Positions 1 to 12,300 of a stretch of DNA of 64,000 bases are shown here, in pieces (the stretch's first letter is position 1; the number at the start of each line of letters is the position of its first letter). The notes under the pieces were generated by a model. It saw only the letters and a list, made by a program, of their open reading frames with translations, was not told the DNA's origin and did not search any database. The DNA comes from Salinivirgaceae bacterium. GTDB lineage: Bacteria; Bacteroidota; Bacteroidia; Bacteroidales; SZUA-534. The stretch spans positions 66,989 to 130,988 of the forward strand of contig JAFVGW010000032.1 in the NCBI GenBank assembly GCA_017474765.1. Direction: 5' to 3'. A program made the translations under genes and the position numbers.

Positions 1-85
1 ATATTTATCGGTATTTATGCGATTTCTGAATACCCATGGGCAGAAATAACGCTGATTCATTGAATTTTATATCCGATTTAAAGGC

Positions 86-119
86 AAACAAAAAGCCCCC
101 CTGCTGATGCAAGGAGGCC
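86..119 (-). terminator. putative intrinsic terminator downstream of the giant CDS
   Basis: Minus-strand hairpin GCCTCC-N11-GGGGGGC (one G:U pair) followed by TTTTTGTTTG, about 20 nt past the stop at 139. Confidence 0.4.
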
Positions 120-138
120 TTCTGTCATATTGTGATAA

Positions 139-381
139 TTATTCAACCACGAACTTGCTGACAGTCTGCCCGTTGTCGGTGAATACTTTTATCAAGTAAA
201 CCGATGGTTGCAAATTCCAATCGGCGGCATCAATCAGGATTGACGACATTCCTGCTGTGCCAATAGTGCGGTCGATAATGGTCTGACCACTCATGTCGGC
301 AACCACATAGCGCAACTTGCCGCCGCCGATACCTTTAACCGAAATCCTAATGTTCTGGCATTTACCAGGATTAGGCGCCAC
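139..381 (-). other. coding sub-region: T9SS (Por) C-terminal sorting domain of the giant protein
   Basis: Last ~80 aa (VAPNPGKCQNIRISVKG...YVVADMSGQTIIDRTI...PSVYLIKVFTDNGQTVSKFVVE) follow the NP..., D..G, Y.I.V... pattern of type-A T9SS CTDs. Confidence 0.7.
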
Positions 382-3300
382 ACTCGCCGAGAGAACCTGC
401 TGATCACTACTCTCGATAACAACAGCAGACCATTCTGATGCCACGGTTGTCTGTCCATCGAAATCAGTCTGAAGCAGACGGTAATAATGTGTGCCAACTG
501 GTTGGTTGATGTGCAGATAGCTATAATCGGCACCTTCACCAGCCCCACCCCTGGCTGCGATTGTGTCAACAATCACCAACTCGCCATCGAACATGTGTTC
601 AATGGTGAAGTATGCGTTGTTGTGCTCCGATGCGGTTGTCCACACAAGGCTCACATCAGTATTGTTGTCAGCAACAACGGCCTCGAACGAGACGAGCTCG
701 ATTGGAAGCGGATTGTCAACCCATTTGGTTGTGCCAAATGTGGCCATTACCCCTCCTCCATCGCTCAAAACATGAGGTGCGGAATTAAGTGTACGCCGTG
801 TGGTCTGTTGCCGCATAGAGCGAGGTGTTACCTTCCCGGAAATTGCGACTTTACTTCCAGACTGTATGTATCCGGAATTATCGCTGTTGAATTTTGAACC
901 TCCTGATGTCTGCCCTACGCTAACCCACTTGCTGCCATCGAATATCGAGACAAGCAGTGTGGACAGGTTGTTAATCTCATTGTATACAGAATTGGTCCAA
1001 TACAATGTCAAATAAGCTTCTGTTGAACCGCCGCTGCTTATGTTCCACGATTCCAGATGGCTGACTTTTTCCAAATCTGCATCCAGATTTGCAACCGACA
1101 CAGGTTTCTTGTTCGAGTATTCTGCAATGATGGATGTGGATTTTGTTATGCCTGACACGCCGAGTTGCGCCAATCGTTCTGTTGAACCAATTGGGAACAC
1201 GAATGGAGCCTGTCCAGTTTTTTCCATCTCACCAACAACATACGACTGAGGCTTACCTAACGATGATGTAGCAGATTCACCCAGCTTAAGCCTTGCCGAA
1301 GACGCGGAGTGAAGCAAGCCTTGTTCAAGTTGCAGATTACCGTTCACGACAATACCCGTTCCTAAATCGATTTGCGGACCATCATCGGCACTTCCTGTAT
1401 TGTTGATAGTCAAATTGTAAAGCGGCCGGTTAGGCGTAATAGACAGAATTTGCTTTTTCTCGCCAGCCAAAACAAATGTGCTGTTGGTTTTTGCCAATTT
1501 ACCATAAGTATTTATGGTCAGATTGCCTTTAAGAGTTACTTCATGGGTACCTGCATCGAGCTCAGTATAGTTGTCAATACTGAGCGAACCATTGATAACC
1601 ACATTGTTGCCCAATATTTTGCGATACTCATTCTTACTGTCCTTACCGCCTTCGATAATCAAGTTATAGCAGCTGCTCAACTCGAACGGTTGTTCGGTCT
1701 TGCCGCAAATACGCACCATCGAGCCCTCATCAGCCAAAACCTCAGCGCCTCTGGCATTGACATCTCGCATAAACAAGATTTGTGAGTTTTTGCCCAGCCT
1801 CAGAGTACCGTCAATCGTGGCATTACCATTAACCGTCAGCACAGCATTATCGGCCAGTTCAAGTATGCCGCCCGATTCTATTGTCATATCGTAGCAGGCA
1901 TTTTCGACTCCGGCTGCGGCTATCGGATGTTTTTTACCATCAGCAATTGCTTTAACCAGAATATTGACAATTGATGATGGCGCGTGCTTGCCTTCCCAGT
2001 TGGCCTTTGTTTTGTACTCCGATGTTGCCGCATTATCTTTCCAAATTATTGTCGGATAAGTAAATCCGAAAGTCAGATTGCCGAATGCATCTATAGGTTC
2101 CTGAGTAAAGATGTGCCCTGCAGATGTGTCACCCACCACAATAGGCACAATGTGATCCCGGCCTCCCGCACCCTGACGCTGCCACTTGCCGGCATTGTAT
2201 AGCACAACAGAAACAACATCGAAATCAGTCAACTCGCTGAACACACTATCCTGCCAATACAATTTGACTTTGGGTAGTGCGCCCGAACCGCTTGTAAGCG
2301 TCCAGTATTCTTTTTGGCTGACTCGGTTCACGTTGTTCTCTAAATTAGTGCGGTTTGCAGGTGTTTCGCTATGATAAATCGCCCTATATGTACCGGAAAT
2401 CTCGTTTATCTCAATTGGAGCATAACGGTCGCTGCCACCAATTGGGAAAAAGAAATCACCCGATGTGGCATCTTTTTCTACCGAGCCATTGATATAGCTT
2501 GTCGGACTTCCACCATCAATGACTGCCGTGCTTGTCAGACGAATTGGATTTGACTCGTTGCCAGTCAGAATGCCACGAGTGAGTTTCAAATTGCCCGATA
2601 TGGTTTGAATATAGGTGGTCAGTATCGAAGCTGGTGATGAGTTGTTAATCTCAATGTTGGTAAAGGTCTCAGGTTTTGCAATATTCTGAATTGTTGTGCC
2701 AACAAATTTCACCCATCCGGAACCGCCGGTAAAGTTATTGCTCTGCGAACCTGACGTTGGACGTTTCCAGTCGCCGTGGCAAATGATGTCGGCTGTTGGC
2801 GCACTGACCGCCGTGCCAACAGTTATGTCCTTATCTATGTTCAGACTGACATCAATCAGCTTGCTTCCAGAGCCAATCAGTTCGAGATTGTAGAATGACA
2901 ATGCGCCATTTGACGATGAGATGGTCTGGTTGCTTGCACCATTCAATTTGACAGTTCCACTGCCATGGACAAATGTTCCGTTATTGTTGGTGAAATTGCC
3001 GCCAACCTCAAGAGTGCCGCCATTGCAGTCAACAGTTCCGCTTTCGATTGTGAAATGGTTTTTAACCTCAAGCGACTTGCCGCGTTCAACAGCAAACGTA
3101 ACCGACGCGTTGTCATCGTTTTTAACCGTGAAATTATAGAATGCGCAGTTGTTCATCTCAATGTTGCGATTGCGCTTCGATTCCCAGATAATGGTCGAGC
3201 TGCCTCCATGGTCGAACGTGCCGGCATTAGTAAACTGACCTTTTACTGTTACAACATCCTTTGCTGTAAAAGTGGCTCCTGTGCCTATTGATATGCCAAG

Positions 3301-6300
3301 TGCGGCATCACCAACAGTCAGACTGTGACCTGCATTCTGCGTCAGGCAAGCGCCTTCGTAAATGTCGATACCCGCAGCAAAAGCATCGCCGCCATAATTG
3401 TCTGCATAAATGATTGGGTATTTGCCGTGCGACTGTTGATTAATAAACACGCGGGTTTCAGAAGTTGGTGAAGCAGCCACGCCTTTGGGGTTTTCCCAGT
3501 TATCTGGGTTGTCCCAACGGGTTCCATCGGTGTCGTTGCCCCTTGCATGATTACCTCTCCAGTAAAGTACATCGCCCGTATAGTCCCAAACAATCGCACC
3601 GCCATTGGCCGACAATCCATCGGCAGGGTCCTCTTCTTCAAAATAATAGCTGGCCACTACGCCTACCGCATCAATAATCGTAATCACACCGTTAGTTGAC
3701 GCGTTCGAACGTTTAACGTTGTGTGCCGGACCCGCATTGAAGTAAACATTGCTGACTTTAATGGTATCAGTATCGGCCGCACCGCCAAAGCTGTTTTCGA
3801 ACCACAGATATCGGCCGCCCGCCGCGCCGCTCACGTATTGCCCGTCGGACAAGTTGTCGGTGCCATCGATAACTGAACCTGCCAGCAAATGAACTCCGGA
3901 AGCGTTGATTCGCTCAACCTTATAATTGCGCGCTGCAATCCTGCCCTCGCTGCCAATGTTAACAGCATATGTACCCGATGTTGTTTGAGAAGTGATAATG
4001 GCCTCGTGATTCTCGACGCCCAAAAGCGAGAGTGTTCCTCCGCTGTTGGCATTGACTATAGCGTTGCTGCCCATCTTCAGCTTGCCATCGACACCCATAG
4101 CCAATAATCCTCCGTTAGTAATATTAACATTATCGATTCCTGTGCCATCGCCCAAGTTGATGATATTGCCAGCAACGTTTAATGTGCCGCCATCAATATC
4201 GAGGTTGCGAGTCAGATATAATTCATTATCAGTCAACGAATAAGCACCATTTTTGACGGCAATGTTACAATAGGTGCTAGAGCCAGGATTAAACTCATGG
4301 CTTCCAACACCATTAAGAATCAATGTTTTAGTTGACGCCGAGAATACACCTTCGTTGATGTAATCGCCGCCAACAGTTACATCGTATGACGAAACATCGA
4401 ACGTACCTTTCTTAATCAAGAAGTTACCTCCAACTTTCATAACCGACTGAGCCTGAATGGTTCCGTTATTATTGATTACAAAATTGTTAAAGTTGGCCAT
4501 TTTATTTTGAACGGTTTTAACGCCCACGCCGGTCATTTCAATGGTGCCATTACCTGCATTCAACTTACCCTTTGTTCCAATCACCCAGTTGCCATACAAC
4601 CGCAGCGAGTCGAGTTCGGAAACCATTGTAAGTGTACCATTCACAGTCACATCAGAAGTTGCTGTCAATGCACAAATAACAGTATCGGGCCGAGTTGTGG
4701 TGATTTGAATTGTGAGTTGAGCGTTGTTGCCGATAGTCAGACGTTTTGCACAGGCTGAGTCGCAGGTAATAATCGGGTAATTGCCTCCCGCCACTTGCGG
4801 AATGGTAACATTGTTGTCGGTTGATGGAATCTTTCCGGTAACAATGGTTTCGCCTGCGAGTTGCGCTCTCCAGTTTGCCGGATTGAACCAGTTTGTTTTA
4901 TCAGACACTGAGCCGGCAGTCCAAATATACTCAATGTCGCCAGTCCAAGTGATGAGGTTGTACGGGTCGTTCTCATAAAGCTCGCCGGCCAACAAGCCTG
5001 TTGCGTTGTAAACCTCGATATTGCCTGTTGCAGCCTCAACTTTTTTGATGTTGACGGCACCTCCGCCTGGATTGTTCGGGAACGATATGTTTTTGATTCT
5101 TCCGTCACCGCCAGTTCCTGTCATATCCTGCGTATTCCTGATATCGAGGCAAATACCACCAGAAACCACATTGCTGAACACTCCGTTGCTGAAATTTTGG
5201 TAACCATCAATTATCGCACCATCGGAAATAATCAAGCCTTGCTTTGCCAAATATGCGAAGTTGTAGTATTCGGCATTGATTTTGCCGCCACTTTCAACAG
5301 TGAAGAAATAGCGGTCGGAATTGTTTGTTATCTGAGCGTAATTCACCTCATCGCCAACAGCATCAAACACACCACCCGATTTCACCACCAGCGATGAGTT
5401 GCTGCCAATGCGGAGTTTACCGCCTGGTGTCACCTTGTATGTGCCGTATATCAAGATGTTGTCGAGCGAGTTACCCAATGTAGCCACATAACCATTTTGG
5501 TCGAAAATGCCTTTTTGAAGTGTAAAGTTGCCATAAACAGTGAGGGCATCGTTCAATTTAAACACGGTTTGGGTTTCTCCATTAATAATCAAGTCATTAA
5601 GAATTGAACCATTGGTTTGAATCCTGCATTCACCTGCCTGGCGACAGAGTTCATAGCTGCCCGACTGCGCAATAACACCCGAACCGGCTACCGTCACATT
5701 GCCACCCACGCGCACTTTAAAACCGCTTGAGCAACTCATTTTTCCGCTTGTCACATAGAGCGAACCTTGAACATCAAGATCGACACTTGATGCATAGAAT
5801 TGTTGATTTTCAGGTTTATTCACCTCCACATCGTAGAATGGGTTGTCGACCGAAACGCCCAAATATGCACATTGGGTTCCGTCAGTACCATTGAAAATTA
5901 CGCGTCCTGTTCCGGGAACGAACCTGCCGGAATACTGATTATACCAGTGTCCGCCCAGATATATGTTCTTATTATTGGCGAAGAGAGTGCCTCCATTATC
6001 GTAGAAATAGAGATTCCGTGTAACAATCACATCGCCTTCAAGAGTCTTGTTAGTATTGCTGTTCAAATAGAGCAGACAATATTTGGCCGCACGGATTGTT
6101 TGGTTCATCGGGCCATTGTAGTAAGCGTAAATGCTTGTGCCATTCACCTCATAATCACTGAATTTAGGATAGTTGTCGGCACCTCGGGCATAAACGTTTG
6201 TCTTTTCACCTGCCGTGAATGTTCCGCTACCCGTGATATGACTGACAAGCATGTCGAGCGTACAAGATGAAGTATTAAGATTACCCGTCATCACAACATC

Positions 6301-9300
6301 GTCGTTGATATATTTTGTGCTCAACGTCATATCCACATTGTGGAAGTGCCCACCTCTGATGTACTGGGCGTGATTGCCGCTGAACACCACCTTGCCCGAA
6401 CCGGTATAGGCGCCTGGAGCTTCCCAATAGTAACCCGTGAAAGTGTGTGTCTGATTGCCATCGTCGAAGGTTGTGCCTGAATTTATCAAAATGTTTCCTT
6501 TGATGTTGAGAGCGCAGCCTGCCGACGCTTTCATTGTTGCACCGTCTTCCACAATTATTGTCCAATTGGTGCGGGTGCTGTTGTTATATGATGCGTCAAA
6601 AGTTCCGGCAAGAGTCTTGATTCCTGCATTAGCAAACCGTACGCGACTGAAACAGCCATTAGTAATTGTCTGATTGGCTCCGGCAAACTTCACATAACCT
6701 GTGATATCTCGGTTAAAGCTACCACCAGAAATATTATAGTCTCCCTTAATGGTGTAGACATAGTTCGATGTTGATGGCCATACAATACCGCCGCTGATTG
6801 TGAAATCGCCGTTGAATTTGACAGCCGAGCCCATAAGCATATATGTGGCGCTGCCATCAAAAACCACATTATTGAAATCCGACTTGCGTGGTACGATTGA
6901 TACACTACCTCCACCTGCCGAGAATCGCACTGTTCCGTTTTGCGGGACAAAATAGCCTTTGTCAGCAATGCTCCAATCACCGATAACCCTAATGTCGGCG
7001 CTATTTTCAACTGCAAGTACGCCGCCATTCTGCACATCGACAGAGCCTTGAACGTCGAGCGAAGGATTTGTCGGGGCTGTTTTTGCGAAATCTTCAATGG
7101 TGAGTGAGCCATTGACAATGGTAAGGTTTTTGCAAACAGCCCCCTCCTTATATATAATAGGTGCGTTGGCCGTCAGCGGAATTCTGACCGATAATTCATC
7201 AGTCGGCACCTGCCTTGGCATCCAGTTGTTTTTATTGAACCAGTCGGTGCTGACAAAACCGGTCCATACGGTTTGTGTTATAGCCGGCCAGATGATTTTT
7301 GTCACCTCCTCGTCAGATGTCCGGTCTACCTCAAAATTCTTGAAACCCATAGTACCATTGATTGTGCCACCAAGAGTGATTGATTTCTCACGCTCATGGC
7401 TGCGCGCAATGTTGAAGTGCGAACCCTGCACAGGCGTTCCTCCATGGTTGAAAGCCAGATACATAATCGGGTTTTTCACTTCCTCAACTTCAATGGTCAG
7501 ATATACAAATCTGTCGTAAACAGTCAGATTGTCGGCTGGCGAAGTATATGTTTTGCTTGTGTACATATTCGACCAAATGCCGTTCGACAAGTTGTTGGTT
7601 TCATCGATAGTGGCACCGTGCTTAACCACAAAGCCCTGTGGCGCAAGATATTGAATCTGATAGTAGTTGGCGGCCAAATGTCCACCTTCATATATTGTTA
7701 TAGCCGTGCCACGGCCATCGTAACCACTCGAACTACGCGTGATTACCGCATTGGCTTCTGATGAGCCGACCATTGTCAGCGTGCCAAATACATCAAGACG
7801 GGTGTTGTCGTCCATGTGATTGAACCGTAACACTGCGCCACCGTCAATGCAAAGCTCGCCACCACTCTTAACCGTGATTTTTTCACCTGCCGGAACAAAC
7901 GGGATCTCGGTCGAGTTGGCATCGTCGTTACCTATTGTCAAAATGTTTTTGTTAAGATTCAATTTGGCACCAGGTCCTATTTCCATTGTGTCTTTCAACG
8001 ACATCTCATCAAGAAGGCTGAAAGTGTTTGCCGCAGATGTTGTTTTGTTAAAATCTACTGCGTTGAACGATTGCCCGTTCGATTTAATCTGGTGGTTTGG
8101 CTTGGTGTCAGTCGATTCGAAATAGACAATGTCGTTCTGACTCGTGAACGAGCCACTGCAAAGCCAATCGCCTGTTAGCGTAACAGGATGTGAATTATTT
8201 GCGTCAGAGCCAACCGAGAACGTCACCCCTTCGTCAATGGTCAGATTTGCAACATTCAGGCTGCCATTGAGAGTTTTGGTACCGGAACCCGAGAATTGAA
8301 TATTGCGGCAGGTGAGTTCAGGTATTGCCTGGGCGCCACCACGATTGAATGTCAGATTTGCACCTGCAGTAATCCACTCGCATCCTTCGGCCTGATCAAT
8401 TTGCGATGATGCAATCTTGTGGGTGTATGTGCCCATATCGAGTCTTGCATTTTTTCCCAAACTGAACACTCCAGTATTTACTGAAATACCATTATCGACA
8501 ATGGAAACATCTTCTCCGTCGCTCAGAGTAAAGCTGTTGAAAATGTTGTCGACACCCATTCTGATTTCATGATGTTTGGCACCGCTGAATGTGAAGGTGC
8601 TGCCATAGTGCCTGAAAACACCATTGTTTGTAATAGACGAACCACTAAAGTCGATTGGATCATTGCAGCTGAATGTTGTTCCGCTGGCAATATTAATATC
8701 GCCCATTATTCTGACGTTTGTCTCGTTGATTTCCTTCACTCCCGAACCCGACAGTGACAAATTGTTGAGTTTCAGCAATGTGAAGTTGCCACCTGCAGTC
8801 ACTTGCTGGTCACCATCGCTTTCCAAATAAACCGTTGATGTTGGCTCGTAGTTGCGCAAATCGTTTGTCGCACCACGCAGATGAAGCTCATGACCTTTAT
8901 CGTCAAGCGTCACACAATCGTTGTTGACATAGAAGTTTCCGCGGACCGTGATGTCACCGCCAAGTTCAACGGTACGTATCACTGAGTTGTTCAAATAAAC
9001 ATTACCGTATTCAACCTGGTCGTAAAGAATCTGGTCTTCATTGGCCACAAGATATGTGCTTGTGGTCTCGTCTATTTCAACATTCCCGAAACCCAATGGG
9101 AAGGCCACATCGTTGTTTTCTCCTTTGGGCACTGCACTGTGCAGTTGGCAGTTGACTCCCAATTTAAATGTTTTGCCGGCTTTACCAGTAACCTTGTTGC
9201 CCCGCATGTAGAACCGCGTCTCAGGATCGAGTTCAAGATTTCCGTTCACAGTCCATTCGTTGTTGGCATATAGGTATCCTGTTCCTTTTTTGTAGACGTT

Positions 9301-12300
9301 GTTGAGCACCTTGATGTCAGCATCAACATCCCACGTACCACCCACATGGACAACTGTTCCGTCTGTTCCCCAGTCTATTTGTTTGCCTCCGGTAGCAAGT
9401 GACAGATTGCCGGTCAGCGTAATGGTATGGTCGCCAACCACAAATGTTGTTATCGAGTCATTGATAACGATAGAACCTGTAACAGTGATGTCGTCAGCAA
9501 GAGTTTTGGTCACCTCATCCTTTATTCCATAAGTAGTAAAATAGTAATTATATAGGTACAAACCACTGTATTGAGTTGGGAATACAACTTGATCTATAGA
9601 GTCGCGATAGTAAACTGTGCCTGCATTCAACTCTATGGTATTCATATTTTTAGGGAAGTTGTCTTCACCATAAATCAGCAGAGCTCCACCATACGATGTG
9701 AACGAGCTTGCCAGTGTTGTACCTATTATGGCGCCCTTCCGGTTCAACGTGACATCAATACCTGCCACCATTTCAACCGAACCTTTCACATAGGCCGTGT
9801 CGCGGAAGACTTTGGTGCCAGTACCTTGAAGAACGATGTTGTTGAACGTTGTCGGGTAATATGTCCTTTTCGTCGTGCCTTTCGGATCGGGCGGTGTATC
9901 TCCCAAATACGATGTTCCACCATTGCAAATAACTGCGCCATCGCCTATTTGCTCAAAGGCTTCCTTTCCTATCTTATTGAGCCAGTTTGTCTGCCGGCCT
10001 GACAGGTAGATGTTTTGCGTCCCGGCACTCACAAGCGTTGCGCCGTCAAATATTCTGAAAGTCCGTTCAACCGATATGTCTTTAGTGATGGTTTTCTTTC
10101 CTGCATTTGAAAACCGTATTTCCCAGAAGTGTCCGCCATTGACAAACTGTTCTTTATCTGCACTGCAGAAATTAACAATCGATTCGCCCATATCAAACAA
10201 TCCGCCTTTTTCTATCCAGTCGCCACGAAGACTGATGGTATTGGTGTTGGCAAGTGTTCCGGCCTCAATGCGTATGCTGTCGGCAACCTTTACCTCGCCT
10301 GAAAGCGACAGTGTGCCGTTGGCACGGCTGTTGACTATCATCGCAGCCAATTCAACGTTTTTGTTCAAAGTGAGCTGATGGGTTCCGGCTCTGACATCAA
10401 ACACAGCAGGCACTCCGTTTGGACTATAGTTTCCACTGCAGTTCCATGTGCCGTGCAATATTAGCGAGTCACGCTTGTCGGCTTGCGACAGTGTCGAACC
10501 CTCCATCATTGTCAGTTTGCCTTCAACTTCAAGTCCGTCAAAATTGGCATCTTCAATTCCGACAAGGTTTACTGTTACACCTTCTTCAATAGTCAGGTTA
10601 TTGACGTTTGCACGCTTATCGATTTTAACGATGTAATCATCAACAACTTTAGTGTGGTCCAAAATAACATTATCGGTTACAGTTGGCACTTTGCCTCCAT
10701 CCCAGTTTGCGCCAGTGTGCCAACTGTTATCAATACCTCCGCCTCCAGTCCATACGAATCCTGTTGGGGCTTTCCAGATAATAAGACCTTCGCCGACGGT
10801 ATACTTAACTATGTCTTTTTCTTTCTCCTTTCCTGCCAACGTGCCACTATAGTTTGTAAATGTTATGGTTCCCTCACCGCTGGTACGCTGCACATTTGCG
10901 CTCGGCGAACTCTCGCGGACGTTGAATGTTACATTGTCAACGGTTATGCCCGTGCCCAAATCGAGCCCGGTAAGAGTCAGCAACGCGTTCCCTGTTGAGT
11001 TTGAGAACGTACCATTACACAGATTATGTGTTGGATGAATGGTTCCGCCCTGTATCTCCAAACCATTTGTACGCGTTCCCTCAATACTATATTGATCGGC
11101 CCAGAGTGTACCTTTTTCTTGTATTATGTAATAGTACCATGTGGCAGCTCCAGGTTGAATTTTTGCGGGCGAGTTGGGGTGTCCCATGAGTTTCAAAGTA
11201 CCTTTGTTTATCAAATAACGATTACTGTACATCGACAAAACCGCCGCCGAATCGAGTTGTAGTGTTCCGTTTTCCTCAATCAAGACGTTACCTGTTTCAT
11301 TGAAAGTTATGGTATGGTGATTGAGATTAAACTCACCATTTTTTATATCAATAAGGCTGTCTTGCTCTAAAGCTTCGGACATACCATATTGGGTATAATC
11401 ATTCATCAAGTTGTATTTTCCGCCGTTGGCTATCACAATGCGGCGGATGGTATTACTTGCACCTGGGTCAAAATCAAGATATTTAGCCGTTGGCGCCGAA
11501 CCAAGTATAAGTTTCGACATCGACTTATAGTGAGAGTTCATTGAGAATGTTCCTCCAACGTTACGCAAATTGCCTCCCACATGTATCGTGTTCCAATAAA
11601 CATAGAATATACCATTGTTGATTGTGAAATCGTTCAGGATGTTCATATCATTCGGCCCCGACTTTTCTCTCGCTTCGCCTTCAAGATGAAGCGGATACAA
11701 TTGCCGGTAGTATGTTGGGTCCGACAAGTTGACAACAACATCGTAGAAAGCTTTTCCCGGTTTACCGTTGCCATCGAAGTCAAGCGTGTCTCCTGTGTAT
11801 ATGGCGGCGTTGTTGCCGGTGAATGTAACAGTGCCTTTCCGCGGCACAAACTGTCCTGTCTTTCCGCTGGGGCTGAAGATATTGTTATACCACGCGCCGC
11901 TCAGAGCAATGTTGTTATATGTGTCACCATCGTCAGGGCTGACATCCAAAGTTGCCAATGAGTCGATTTTCAACCAACCTGTAAGGTTTATCATTCCGCT
12001 TAACCGTTTGATTCCCGTGCCGCCAAAGGTTACCTGATTAAAGGCAGAGCCACTAATCATCTGGTCGGCGCCATCGAATTCAACCTCCGACGAATGGTTG
12101 AAAGTACCCGCATTTTGCCAGTTGCCTGACACTTTAAGCTTGACGCTGGTTGTCACAATAGCGCCATTGTCAATTATCACATCTCCGTCAATATCGAAAG
12201 CGTTTGTGGCAGGACGCTTCAATGCACCGCCTGTAAACTGCATGGTTGGGTAGGTGTTGTTTGTGTTGCCGTTGCTGATTGTCTGCTCAATGGTTGCACT